From an uncultured Sphingomonadaceae bacterium (GTDB lineage: Bacteria > Pseudomonadota > Alphaproteobacteria > Sphingomonadales > Sphingomonadaceae), in NCBI GenBank assembly GCA_937995515.1, contig CALKJZ010000007.1, positions 12,004-76,003 on the forward strand: a stretch of DNA of 64,000 nt, given 5' to 3'. Shown piece after piece: positions 7,727 through 16,829 of the stretch. The position numbers were made by a program, and so were the translations under genes. The first letter of the stretch is position 1. Each line of letters opens with the position of its first letter. The notes below the pieces were generated by a model, which searched no databases, was not told where the DNA came from, and worked only from the letters and a program-made list of their open reading frames with translations.

Positions 7727-9727
7727 GTGGAAGCGGAAATCGGCCATTTCGCCCTGTTGCTGGCGCTCGTGCTGGCAACCGTCCAGGCTGTCGCCGCGCC
7801 GGCCGGCGCGCGGCGGCTCGATCCGGCCCTCATGGCGGTCGGGCGGGTGGCGGCCATGCTGCAGGGCGGGCTCGTTCTTCTCGCCTTCCTCATCCTCATG
7901 CTGCTGTTTGCCCGGCTCGACTTCTCGGTCGAGCTGGTCGCGCAGCACGCCCACAGCCTGCAGCCGATGGTCTACCGCCTCTCTGCCACCTGGGGCAATC
8001 ACGAGGGCTCGATGCTGCTGTGGATCCTGATCCTCTCGGGCTTCGGGGCGATGGTGGCGGCCGGCGGCGCGGCGATGCGGCCCTCGTTCCACGCGCTGGT
8101 GGTCGGTCTCCTTGGTCTCATGTCGGTTGCGTTCCTTGCGTTCCTCCTTTTCACGTCGAACCCGTTCGGGCGGTTGTGGCCCGCGGCGGTCGAGGGCGCA
8201 GAGCTCAACCCCCTGCTGCAGGACCCTGGCCTCGCCCTTCATCCACCGATCCTCTATGTCGGCTATGTCGGCCTGTCGGTGGCCTTTGCCTTTGCCCTTG
8301 CAGCCCTCATCGAGGGGCGGGTCGATGCTGCCTGGGCGCGGACGGTCCGGCCGTGGATCCTCGCCTCCTGGTCTGCGCTGACCGCCGGCATCACGCTCGG
8401 GTCCTTCTGGGCCTATTATGAGCTTGGCTGGGGTGGCTGGTGGTTCTGGGATCCGGTCGAGAATGCCGCGCTCCTGCCCTGGCTGATCGCAACCGCGCTC
8501 CTCCATTCCGCGCTCGTGCTCGAGAAGCGCGGCAGCCTCGTGGGCTGGACCCTGCTGCTCTCGGTTGCGGCCTTCTCGATGAGCATGATCGGCACCTTCC
8601 TCGTGCGCTCGGGCGTCCTCACCTCGGTGCATGCCTTTGCCACCGATCCGGCGCGCGGCAGCTTCATCCTGGCGATCATTGCCGGCTTCACCGGTGTCGC
8701 CCTTGCGCTGTTTGCATGGCGTGCGCCCGGGCTGTCGCGCGGGCCGTCGTTCGGCCCGGTCAGCCGCGAATCCGGCATGGTGGCAAACAACCTGTTCCTG
8801 ATGGCGGCGACCTTCGCCGTCTTCCTCGGCACCTTCTGGCCGCTCATCGTCGACCTCGTGTCGGGCAACAAGATCTCCGTTGGCCCGCCCTACTACAACA
8901 TCACCTTCCTGCCGATCGTGGTGCCGCTCCTGTTCCTCGTGAGCCTCGGGCCCGTCTCGCGCTGGAAGACCGACCGGCCTTCCGAAGTGCTGCGCCGCCT
9001 CCGGCCGGCATCGGCCGTGGCGCTGCTCGTCATGGCGGCCGCTTTGGCGCTTTCGGTGTGGCAGGCCGGGTGGGATGCGCTCTTTGCCGCGCTGGGCTTC
9101 GGCCTTGCGGCGTGGCTGGTGGCCGGCGCCGGCGTGGCGCTGGCCCGCCGCTGGCGTGCGGCGGGCGAGGCGTTCAGCCTGCGCCTTGTCCGCACGACCC
9201 CTGCGGCCACGTGGGGCATGGCGATGGCCCATGCCGGGCTCGGCATCATGGCAGCGGGGATCACGGCCATGTCGCTGTTCACCGTCTCCGAGGTTGCCTC
9301 GCTCGCGCCCGGGGAGCGCACCGAGATTGCCGGCCGCACCCTCACGCTGACCCAGGTGGGGCCCGTCCGGGGGCCCAACTACGAGGCGCTGCAGGCACGC
9401 TTCTGGCTGCAGGAAGGGGCGAGCCTGCGCGAGGTGATCTCCGAGCGCCGGTTCTACCCGGCCAGCCGCCAAGGCACCACCGAGGCGGGGATCGATGTCG
9501 GCGTCTTCGGCAACACCTATGTCTCGATCGGCGACGTAACCGGCGGGCGGCTCGCGGTGCACAAGTGGCGCCATCCGCTGGTGGGCTGGATCTGGGCCGG
9601 CGCGCTCATCATGGCGCTGGGCGGCGCGGTCTCCATGGCAGACCGGCGGTTCCGGCTCCCGCGGGCGGCGCCGCCCGTGCCGGCGGCCGGGGCTCCGGCG
9701 TCTGCCGCCGCCCTGCCCGCGGAGTGA
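7727..9727 (+). CDS. ccmF: Cytochrome c-type biogenesis heme lyase subunit CcmF
   Basis: A 666-aa polytopic membrane protein with the WGGWWFWDPVEN (WWD) heme-handling motif. GTG start. It is followed directly by ccmG, ccmH and ccmI. Confidence 0.95.
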   Translation: MEAEIGHFALLLALVLATVQAVAAPAGARRLDPALMAVGRVAAMLQGGLVLLAFLILMLLFARLDFSVELVAQHAHSLQPMVYRLSATWGNHEGSMLLWILILSGFGAMVAAGGAAMRPSFHALVVGLLGLMSVAFLAFLLFTSNPFGRLWPAAVEGAELNPLLQDPGLALHPPILYVGYVGLSVAFAFALAALIEGRVDAAWARTVRPWILASWSALTAGITLGSFWAYYELGWGGWWFWDPVENAALLPWLIATALLHSALVLEKRGSLVGWTLLLSVAAFSMSMIGTFLVRSGVLTSVHAFATDPARGSFILAIIAGFTGVALALFAWRAPGLSRGPSFGPVSRESGMVANNLFLMAATFAVFLGTFWPLIVDLVSGNKISVGPPYYNITFLPIVVPLLFLVSLGPVSRWKTDRPSEVLRRLRPASAVALLVMAAALALSVWQAGWDALFAALGFGLAAWLVAGAGVALARRWRAAGEAFSLRLVRTTPAATWGMAMAHAGLGIMAAGITAMSLFTVSEVASLAPGERTEIAGRTLTLTQVGPVRGPNYEALQARFWLQEGASLREVISERRFYPASRQGTTEAGIDVGVFGNTYVSIGDVTGGRLAVHKWRHPLVGWIWAGALIMALGGAVSMADRRFRLPRAAPPVPAAGAPASAAALPAE

Positions 9728-9731
9728 GGCG

Positions 9732-10277
9732 GTGCGCCGCCTTCTCGCCTTCCTTCCGCTGGTGGCGCTCGCGGGGCTGCTCATCGCCTTCGGCTTCGGG
9801 ATGCAGCGCGACCCCAAGATCCTGCCCTCGCCGCTGGTGGGCGAGACCGTGCCGGGCTTTCAGCTCGCGGCCCTCGAGGAGGGCGGCGCGCCGCTCGATT
9901 CCGGCCTTCTTGCCCGCGATGGCGAGCCCAAGCTGCTCAACGTCTTCGCATCCTGGTGCGTGAGCTGCCGCGTGGAGCATCCCGTTCTCTTGCGGATTGC
10001 GGCCGAGGGCGTGCCGATCTACGGGCTCGACTGGAAGGACACCCCGGAAGACGGCCGCGCCTATCTTGCCGGCAAGGGCAACCCGTTCCGTGCCGTGGGC
10101 AGCGATCCAAACGGCCGGGCCGGGATCGAGCTCGGGGTCACCGGCACGCCCGAGACCTTCGTGATCGATGCGCGCGGCATCATCCGCCACCGCCATGTCG
10201 GCCCGATCACCGCCGAAGTCTGGGAACGGGAGCTGCGGCCGATGATCGAGCGGCTGCGCGCTGAGGCGGCGGCCTGA
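9732..10277 (+). CDS. ccmG: Thiol:disulfide interchange protein CcmG/DsbE
   Basis: Has an N-terminal membrane anchor, the thioredoxin-fold active site WCVSC, and GVTGTPETFVID. Starts 4 nt after the ccmF stop. Confidence 0.9.
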   Translation: MRRLLAFLPLVALAGLLIAFGFGMQRDPKILPSPLVGETVPGFQLAALEEGGAPLDSGLLARDGEPKLLNVFASWCVSCRVEHPVLLRIAAEGVPIYGLDWKDTPEDGRAYLAGKGNPFRAVGSDPNGRAGIELGVTGTPETFVIDARGIIRHRHVGPITAEVWERELRPMIERLRAEAAA

Positions 10278-10278
10278 G

Positions 10279-10710
10279 ATGCGCGGGCTGGGCCTCCTTG
10301 CTGCCCTGCTGCTCGCGGTGCTGCCCGCCCACGCCGTCGAGCCCGACGAGATGCTGGCCGACCCGGCGCTCGAGGCGCGCGCGCGGGCCATCTCCGCGGG
10401 TCTGCGCTGCGTGCAGTGCCAGAACCAGACCATCGACGAAAGCAACGCCCCGCTCGCGCGCGACCTGCGCCTTATCGTGCGCGAACGGCTGGAGGCGGGC
10501 GACAGCGACGCGGAAGTGATCGCCCATGTGCGCGCGCGCTATGGCGATTTCGTGCTCCTGAAGCCGCCGCTCAACGAGCAGACGCTGCTGATGTGGGCCG
10601 GCCCCTTCCTTGCGCTCCTCGGCGCGGGCGCCTTCCTCTTCTGGCGGATGCGGCGGCCGCCTGCCATGGACGAGGACGAGGCGGAGCTTCTGGAGCAGGA
10701 CAGGCCCTGA
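10279..10710 (+). CDS. ccmH: Cytochrome c-type biogenesis protein CcmH (CcmL)
   Basis: Has a signal peptide, the LRCVQCQNQTIDESNAP motif and a C-terminal TM helix. Starts 1 nt after the ccmG stop. Confidence 0.9.
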   Translation: MRGLGLLAALLLAVLPAHAVEPDEMLADPALEARARAISAGLRCVQCQNQTIDESNAPLARDLRLIVRERLEAGDSDAEVIAHVRARYGDFVLLKPPLNEQTLLMWAGPFLALLGAGAFLFWRMRRPPAMDEDEAELLEQDRP

Positions 10711-10711
10711 G

Positions 10712-11953
10712 ATGAGCGAGATCTGGCTGTGGGCAGCGCTCACGCTGCTCGTGGTGATGGCGGCCGTCACCCTCGTGTTCCCGCTTGCGGCGCGCAGCGC
10801 CGACGCGCGCGAGCTTGCCATTGCGGCCGAGCAGGCCCCCGTCTTGGCGGGGCTTGCCAATGAGCTGGCCAGCATCGACCGTCAGCTTGCCGAGGGTGCG
10901 CTCGCGCCCTCCGAGGCGGCTGCCCTGCGCGCCAGCATCCGCCGCCGCATGCAGGAAGAGGCCGCGCTCGTGGCCGATGTGCAGGGCCGGGCGGGCCGTG
11001 CCGGCGACGGCGGCACCCGCTGGCTCGCCTATGCCCTGGCCGCCTCGGTGACGGTGGGTGCCGCCGGCCTCTATGGCTGGATGGGCCGGCCCGACATTGC
11101 CCGCCAGGCGGGCGCGCCGCCGGGGCAGGTGGCGGTGGCAACGGGACCCGATGGCCAGCCGCTCGGCGCCAACCCGGAAGTGCAGCAGCTCGTCCGCCAG
11201 CTGGAGGCCCGGCTCGCCGCCGAGCCGGGCGATGCCGAGGGCTGGCGGATGCTGGGGTGGAGCCGCTTCGAGCTCGGCGATTTCCGGGGCTCGGCCGAGG
11301 CCTATGCGCGCGCCGTCGAGCTCCAGCCGGGCAATGCGCTCTACCTCTCCGCGCTCGGCGAGGCGCAGGTGATGGCCACCGGCGGCGAGATCACGCCGGC
11401 CGCCCGCGCGATTTTCGCCCGTGCCGTGGCTGCAGACCCGCGCGACGTGCGCGCCCGCTACTATCTTGCCGCCGCCCGCGACCAGGCCGGCGACACCCGG
11501 GGCGCGGTCGAGGACTGGCTGGCGCTCGTCGCCGAGGATCCTTCGGCTCCCTGGGTGGCGCAGCTGCGGCCGATCATCCTCGCGCGCGCCGAGGCGGCCG
11601 GCATGGACGTGCGCGCGCGCCTGCCGGCCGCGCCGGCCGCCTCGGCACCGGGCGTGCCGCCGGGCGTGCTTGCTGCGCCCAGCCCCGAACAGGTGGCCGA
11701 AGCCAATGCCATGTCGCCGGCCGACCGGCAGGCGATGATCCGCGGGATGGTCGACGGGCTGGAGGCGCGACTGCGCGAGAACCCGCAGGATCTCGAGGGC
11801 TGGCAGCGGCTGATCCGCGCCCGGATGGTGCTCGGCGAGGAAGACCGCGCCCGCCGCGCCTATGCCGATGCGCGGCGGGCCTTTGCCGGCAAGCCGGCGG
11901 AACTCGGCCAGCTGCAGAGCTTTGCGCGGCTGGTGAACCTGCCGGGCGCCTGA
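10712..11953 (+). CDS. ccmI: Cytochrome c-type biogenesis protein CcmI/CycH (2 TM + TPR)
   Basis: I start at ATG 10712 (MSEIWLWAALTLLVV...), just after the ccmH stop; the track ORF 10610.. begins inside ccmH. It has two TM helices and then TPR-like repeats (GWRMLGWSRFELGDFRGSAEAYARAVELQPGN). Confidence 0.8.
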   Translation: MSEIWLWAALTLLVVMAAVTLVFPLAARSADARELAIAAEQAPVLAGLANELASIDRQLAEGALAPSEAAALRASIRRRMQEEAALVADVQGRAGRAGDGGTRWLAYALAASVTVGAAGLYGWMGRPDIARQAGAPPGQVAVATGPDGQPLGANPEVQQLVRQLEARLAAEPGDAEGWRMLGWSRFELGDFRGSAEAYARAVELQPGNALYLSALGEAQVMATGGEITPAARAIFARAVAADPRDVRARYYLAAARDQAGDTRGAVEDWLALVAEDPSAPWVAQLRPIILARAEAAGMDVRARLPAAPAASAPGVPPGVLAAPSPEQVAEANAMSPADRQAMIRGMVDGLEARLRENPQDLEGWQRLIRARMVLGEEDRARRAYADARRAFAGKPAELGQLQSFARLVNLPGA

Positions 11954-11978
11954 GCGGGCCCGGCACCGGCCGCGCTCA
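11951..11978. terminator. GC-rich hairpin between convergent genes; both stop codons lie in the stem (possible bidirectional terminator)
   Basis: The sequence is tgagcgggcc-cggcacc-ggccgcgctca, a 10-bp stem with one bulge and a 7-nt loop. There is no U-tract. Confidence 0.4.
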
Positions 11979-12887
11979 GGGGCAGATGGTGCTGCCCGGC
12001 GGGCATTCCTTGGTGGCCGGGCGGGCGGGCAGGTCGGCGCTTGCCGGCAGAAGGTCGGTCACCTGCCGGTCGGCCGGTGACGCCTCGAGGGCCGCGGCGA
12101 ACACGGCCGCCGAGGGGATCGGCCACAGCTGCGCGTCCGTTTCCCCGTCGGGCGCGGTGCGCAGCAGGTCCGAGAAGCGGGCAAAGGCGCGGGCGGAAAG
12201 GGCAAAGGGCCCGACCGGTGGCTGGCCGGGGCCTGGCACCAGCAGGGCGAAGCCGGGCCGGTCGAGCGCCACCGTCTGCCCGGCCGCCGTCACGAACAGA
12301 CGGCCGGGCCGGTCGCGCCCGCGCGTCCGCGCGCCCGGCCCGCGCAGCACCACGAGTGTGGCCGACTGCGGGTCGAGCGCCGGGGTGGGCGGCGGCGCAT
12401 CGAGGAGCGCCATGATGGCGAGCACCTCCTCGCCGACCGTGCCTTCGAGAACCGTTCCGCGCACGCCGATGCTGGCAACCGGGGTGGAGACGGCTGCCGC
12501 GCCGCCCTGGCCGCGCACGGCCCGGCCCGACATGAAGCGGAAGGCGCCGCGCGCGACCGAGGCGGCCACCTCGCCCGTCGCCCGGTCCGGGTCGTAGACA
12601 AATCGGTCGATCGTCATGCGGGCATTGGCGCCGACGGTGAACACCGAACGGTCGACCAGGAGCACCTGCAGCTGGCTTGCGGCCGCGGTCGCCACCTGCG
12701 TGCCGAGGAACACCGGCTCGCGCAGCACCGCCGGGCGGAGCGCCCGATCGCGCCACGTCTGCACGGAGACACTGTTGCGGATGGCGCTGTTCACGCCAAC
12801 CGAGGGCGGAGGCGCGCCCTGCGCAAGCGCGGGCGCGGCGGCCAGCGCGGCGAAGGCGAGCAGGGAAACGGCGCCGGCGCGGCTCAT
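11976..12887 (-). CDS. FecR-domain protein with signal peptide (303 aa)
   Basis: Signal peptide MSRAGAVSLLAFAALAAAPALAQG. FecR-type core: VFLGTQVATAAASQLQVLLVDRSVFTVGANARMTIDRFVY...ARGAFRFMSG. The start overlaps the upstream stop as ATGA (12884-12887). Confidence 0.8.
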   Translation of the reverse strand: MSRAGAVSLLAFAALAAAPALAQGAPPPSVGVNSAIRNSVSVQTWRDRALRPAVLREPVFLGTQVATAAASQLQVLLVDRSVFTVGANARMTIDRFVYDPDRATGEVAASVARGAFRFMSGRAVRGQGGAAAVSTPVASIGVRGTVLEGTVGEEVLAIMALLDAPPPTPALDPQSATLVVLRGPGARTRGRDRPGRLFVTAAGQTVALDRPGFALLVPGPGQPPVGPFALSARAFARFSDLLRTAPDGETDAQLWPIPSAAVFAAALEASPADRQVTDLLPASADLPARPATKECPPGSTICP

Positions 12888-14398
12888 TCGCCGAACGACC
12901 AGATGAGCCGCACCTCGCCGCCGATATTGTCGTAATCGACATAGGGCGCGCGCGTCGTGCGGCCGGTGTAGGAGAGCGCGCCCTCGAGCGTGAGCCCCTC
13001 GCGCAGGTCTGCCGTGGCGCCGGCGTTGGTGAAGGCCGAAATGGGCGCGCCAAGTGCAGCGCGCGCAAAGCTGCGCGTCTCCTTGCGCACGGGCCCGCCC
13101 AGCACCGGGTCGGGCGCCTTGTAGGTCAAGAAGCGCAGGTTTCCGGCCAGCGCCGAATAGGCGCCGCGGCCCAGCTCGGTGCGGAACGAGGCAGCAACCC
13201 CCGGCCCGGAATAGGCAAGCGGGCGATGGTCGGCATCCTTGTCCTCATAGGCCACTTCGCCCGCGATGGTGCTGCGGCCCGAAAGCCGGTGCGAGACCCC
13301 GGCCGAGACCGCGATCCGCGCGCCCGAGCGGGCGTCCTCGGCAAGTCCGGGCACGAGCCCCGCGAGCAGCGGCTCCTCGAACGACTGGTGCATGGCCTCG
13401 GCGGCCGCATCGAGCGCTGTCAGGTGGGTGAGTCGGTGCGCCAGCGCCAGCCGGCCGCCCACCTCGGTGAGATAGGGATCGCCGAACAGGGACACGTGCC
13501 TGAGCAGGCCTGCCACCGACCAGATCGTGCGCGCGCCGATCTCGCCTGAAAGCCCGAGCGAAAGATCGGCGCGCAGGGTCTCGAGGGGCGGGCCGGAGAG
13601 CTCCTTGCGCCCCTGGGCGGAGGCAAGGAGCGTGAGCACCGTGCGGCTGTCCTGCCCCAGCCTCCAGGCAACCCGAAGCCGCCCGCCGCCGCCGAAGCCG
13701 AGGCCATCGTCGGTTGGCCCGCTGCCGAGGCCCACATCGATGAGGCTTGCAAGCGCGCCGGTTGCGTTGCTGTCGTAAAGGAGGCCGAGGTTCGCCGAGC
13801 CCGAGACGCTGACCAGCCGGTCGCGCCGGGCGATCGCCCGGCGATACTTGGCCGCCTCGGCGCGCTGCAGCGCCGTCAGCTCCACATCGTCGAGCAGGTC
13901 GAGCTCGCGCGCGGCGCCCTGATGGTCCTCCATGCGATAAAGGATGATGGCATAGAAGAGCCGCGCGGCGTGCCAGTTGGGCTGTTTCAGCAGCAGGCGC
14001 TCGAGTGCTGCGGCTGCCGAAAGCAGATCGCCCTGCGCTGCGGAGCGGCGGGCGAACCCGATGTTGAGCTCCGGATCGTCGGGCGCGCGCAGCACCGTGT
14101 CGAACAATCGGTCTCCCGACCCGGAAATCACGATGTCGCGGCCGTCCTTGCGCGCTTCAAGCGTCGCCTCGATCGAGATCTCCTCGTCGCGGGTCTGCGG
14201 CCGGTCGAAGCCGGCGAACGGATCCTCCGCGCCCGGCGCCTGCGCCAGGGCGGCTGCGGCCCGGAGGGCGCATGCAAGGCAGGCGAGCGCGGGCGCGCCA
14301 CGCCGCCATCCGGGTCTGCTGGGCCGGGCTCGTTCCCCCACTGCACGATTCCTTGCCGTGTCAGCCGTCTGTTCATCGTGCATCGTGCCGTTGTTCAT
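12884..14398 (-). CDS. Outer-membrane protein: N-terminal TPR region + C-terminal beta-barrel (Slam/DUF560-like or NsrA-like architecture)
   Basis: I start at ATG 14398 (MNNGTMHDEQ...), but the start is uncertain and a later GTG is possible. A signal-like segment (APALACLACALRAAAALAQA) is followed by TPR-like helices (GDLLSAAAALERLLLKQPNWHAARLFYAIILYRMEDHQGAAREL). Alternating beta-strand patterns follow (SANLGLLYDSNATG...) up to the C-terminus (...GEVRLIWSFGE). The family assignment is from memory of the architecture, not from a search. Confidence 0.65.
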   Translation of the reverse strand: MNNGTMHDEQTADTARNRAVGERARPSRPGWRRGAPALACLACALRAAAALAQAPGAEDPFAGFDRPQTRDEEISIEATLEARKDGRDIVISGSGDRLFDTVLRAPDDPELNIGFARRSAAQGDLLSAAAALERLLLKQPNWHAARLFYAIILYRMEDHQGAARELDLLDDVELTALQRAEAAKYRRAIARRDRLVSVSGSANLGLLYDSNATGALASLIDVGLGSGPTDDGLGFGGGGRLRVAWRLGQDSRTVLTLLASAQGRKELSGPPLETLRADLSLGLSGEIGARTIWSVAGLLRHVSLFGDPYLTEVGGRLALAHRLTHLTALDAAAEAMHQSFEEPLLAGLVPGLAEDARSGARIAVSAGVSHRLSGRSTIAGEVAYEDKDADHRPLAYSGPGVAASFRTELGRGAYSALAGNLRFLTYKAPDPVLGGPVRKETRSFARAALGAPISAFTNAGATADLREGLTLEGALSYTGRTTRAPYVDYDNIGGEVRLIWSFGE

Positions 14399-14412
14399 GC
14401 GAGAGTGCAAGC

Positions 14413-16704
14413 ATGTGGGGCATGAACCTTCTCGAACCGCCCGCCTCCCGCCCGGCGGGGCGCGCACGGGCGCGCAGGTGGCAGGCGGTCGGCCGGGCGG
14501 CTGCAGGCGTCGCACCGGGGATCGCCATGACGCTCCTTGTCGCCCTCCTGCACTGGAGCGATCTCGGCCCGCTGCGCCAGCTGGGCCTCTTGCTGTTCGA
14601 TGCCTACCAGAGGGCCGCACCACGGCCCTATGAGACGGTGCCGGTGCGTATCGTCGATATCGACGACGAGACGATCGCACGCCATGGCCAGTGGCCCTGG
14701 CCACGGCTCGAGACGGCGCGGCTCACCGAGACGCTTGCGCACGCCGGGGCGGCGGCCATCGCCTTCGACATCGTCTTCTCCGAGCCGGACCGCACCTCGC
14801 CCGCGCGGGTGGCCGCCGTGCTGGCTGCCAATCCCGAGGCACAGGGCGATTTCGCCGAGGTGCGCGCGCTTGCCGACCATGATTCGATCTTTGCCGCAAC
14901 GCTTGCCCGATCGCCTGCCGTGCTCGGCTTCTTCCTCGCCCGCGAGTCCGGTGCACCCCCGCCCGAGCGGCACGGCGGAATCGCAGTGGCCGGCTCCATC
15001 CCCGACACCATCCCCCGGTTTTCGGGCACGATCAGCCCGCTCGACCAGCTGGCGGACAGCGCCGCCGGGACCGGCTTTCTCACCATGACCGGAGACCGCG
15101 ACGGCATCGTGCGGCGCGCCCCGCTCCTCGGCCGGGTGGGCGACGAGCTCGTGCCCGCCCTCTCGGTCGAGGCGCTGCGGGTGGCGCAGGGGGCGGGCGC
15201 AATCCTCGTGCGCGCCTCCGATGCCAGCGGCGAGATGGGCGCCCGCGGCGGCGCGTCCGTGGTGCAGCTGCGCGTGGGCGATTTCGTGATGCCAACCGAT
15301 GCCGGCGGCGAGCTGTGGATGCACTATACCGCCCCGGTCCCGGCACGCATCGTGCCGGCGTGGAAGCTGCTCGAAAATGCGCTCACCGAGGCGGAGCTGC
15401 GCGCGCTGTTCGAAGGCCATGTCGTCTTTATCGGCACCGGTGCGCAGGGGTTGCGCGATCTCGTCTCGACACCGGTGCGCGACCGCGAGCTCGGCGTGAT
15501 GGTGCATGCCCAGGCCGTCGAGCAGATGATTCTCGGCCGCTTTCTCACCCGGCCGGACTGGGCGACGGGTGCCGAGCGGGCGCTTTTGCTGCTGTTCGGT
15601 CTCGGGCTGGCCCTGCTGCTGCCGCGCCTCGGCGCGGTGCGCAGCGGCATCCTTGGCGGGTTCGCCCTTGCCGGCACCTTCGGGCTCTCGTGGCTGGCCT
15701 TCCGCCAGTCCGGCCTGCTGCTCGACCCGGTCGCGCCCGCGCTTGCCGCCTCGGCAAGCTATGTCGCGGTCACCGCCGTCAGCTTCTGGCGCGAGGAACG
15801 GGCGCGCGCCTACATCCGCAACGCCTTCGACCGCTATCTCTCGCCCGAACTTGTGGAGCGGATCGCAGCCGACCCCGGCCAGCTCGAGCTCGGCGGCGAG
15901 GATCGCGACATGACGGTGATGTTCCTCGACGTGCGCGGCTTCTCCCGCCTCTCCGAGCAGATGGGCCCGCGCGATGTTATCGCCTTTCTCGTCGAGTTCC
16001 TCACCCCGATGACCGACATCCTGCTCGCCCACAGGGCGACCATCGACAAGTATATCGGCGATGCGATCCTCGCCTTCTGGAACGCGCCCGTCGACGACCC
16101 GGACCATGTGGCAAACGCCGCGCGGGCGACCCTTGCGATGGTGGACCGGCTCGCCCAGCTCAACGCCGAGAAGGCCGGCGGGCCCGGCCCCTGGCCGGGC
16201 GAGGTGCGCATCGGCATCGGGCTTAACACCGGCCTGTGCTGTGTTGGCAACATCGGCTCCGCGCAGCGGCTCAACTATTCCCTCATCGGCGACACGGTGA
16301 ACCTTGCCAGCCGCATCGAGGGGCAGACGAAGATCTATGGCGTCACAATCGCGCTCGGCGAGGAGACGGCGCGGCGTCTTGAGGGCTTTGCCACCCTCGA
16401 GCTCGACCGGCTGCGCGTGATCGGGCGCGACCGGCCGGAGACAATCTTCGCCCTGCTGGGCGACGAGGAGCTCGCCCGATCGGAGGGGTTCCTCGCGTTC
16501 CGGGGGATCCATTGCGAAATGCTGCAGGCCTACCGCGCGCAGCAGTGGGCCGAGGCCCTGCAGCATCTCGAGCAACTTTCGGCCCGGGCGGAGCCGCTGG
16601 GGCTCGGGAAACTGGTCGATCTCTACCGGCGCCGGGTCGCGCGCTTCTCGGTGGATCCGCCCGGCGAGGGCTGGGACGGGGTGGCCGATGCCGAGACCAA
16701 GTGA
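14413..16704 (+). CDS. CHASE2 sensor domain-containing class III adenylate (or guanylate) cyclase
   Basis: Starts at ATG 14413 or 14422. TM1 (GIAMTLLVALLHW) is followed by a CHASE2-type periplasmic region (VRIVDIDDETIARHGQWPWPR...FDIVFSEPDR) and further TM helices. The cyclase domain follows (MTVMFLDVRGFS...IDKYIGDAILAFWNAP...IGLNTG...IGDTVNLASRIEG). Confidence 0.9.
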   Translation: MWGMNLLEPPASRPAGRARARRWQAVGRAAAGVAPGIAMTLLVALLHWSDLGPLRQLGLLLFDAYQRAAPRPYETVPVRIVDIDDETIARHGQWPWPRLETARLTETLAHAGAAAIAFDIVFSEPDRTSPARVAAVLAANPEAQGDFAEVRALADHDSIFAATLARSPAVLGFFLARESGAPPPERHGGIAVAGSIPDTIPRFSGTISPLDQLADSAAGTGFLTMTGDRDGIVRRAPLLGRVGDELVPALSVEALRVAQGAGAILVRASDASGEMGARGGASVVQLRVGDFVMPTDAGGELWMHYTAPVPARIVPAWKLLENALTEAELRALFEGHVVFIGTGAQGLRDLVSTPVRDRELGVMVHAQAVEQMILGRFLTRPDWATGAERALLLLFGLGLALLLPRLGAVRSGILGGFALAGTFGLSWLAFRQSGLLLDPVAPALAASASYVAVTAVSFWREERARAYIRNAFDRYLSPELVERIAADPGQLELGGEDRDMTVMFLDVRGFSRLSEQMGPRDVIAFLVEFLTPMTDILLAHRATIDKYIGDAILAFWNAPVDDPDHVANAARATLAMVDRLAQLNAEKAGGPGPWPGEVRIGIGLNTGLCCVGNIGSAQRLNYSLIGDTVNLASRIEGQTKIYGVTIALGEETARRLEGFATLELDRLRVIGRDRPETIFALLGDEELARSEGFLAFRGIHCEMLQAYRAQQWAEALQHLEQLSARAEPLGLGKLVDLYRRRVARFSVDPPGEGWDGVADAETK

Positions 16705-16765
16705 GCTTGCGGCGCAACTTTGGCCCTGCAACAGTCGTTGAAGGACACGGCGGCGCGAGACGCCC

Positions 16766-16798
16766 GAGGGTCGCCAGAGGGTCGCCAGAGGGTCGCAA
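16766..16798 (+). promoter_or_regulatory. Three tandem 11-bp direct repeats (gagggtcgcca x2, gagggtcgcaa) upstream of the phosphodiesterase gene
   Basis: The units are at 16766-16776, 16777-16787 and 16788-16798. A fourth partial copy (agggtcgca) sits at 16819-16827, next to the start codon. The array is flanked by a perfect 12-nt inverted repeat: ctttggccctgc at 16718-16729 and gcagggccaaag at 16806-16817. Confidence 0.6.
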
Positions 16799-16829
16799 CA
16801 CGCAGGCAGGGCCAAAGCCAGGGTCGCAC

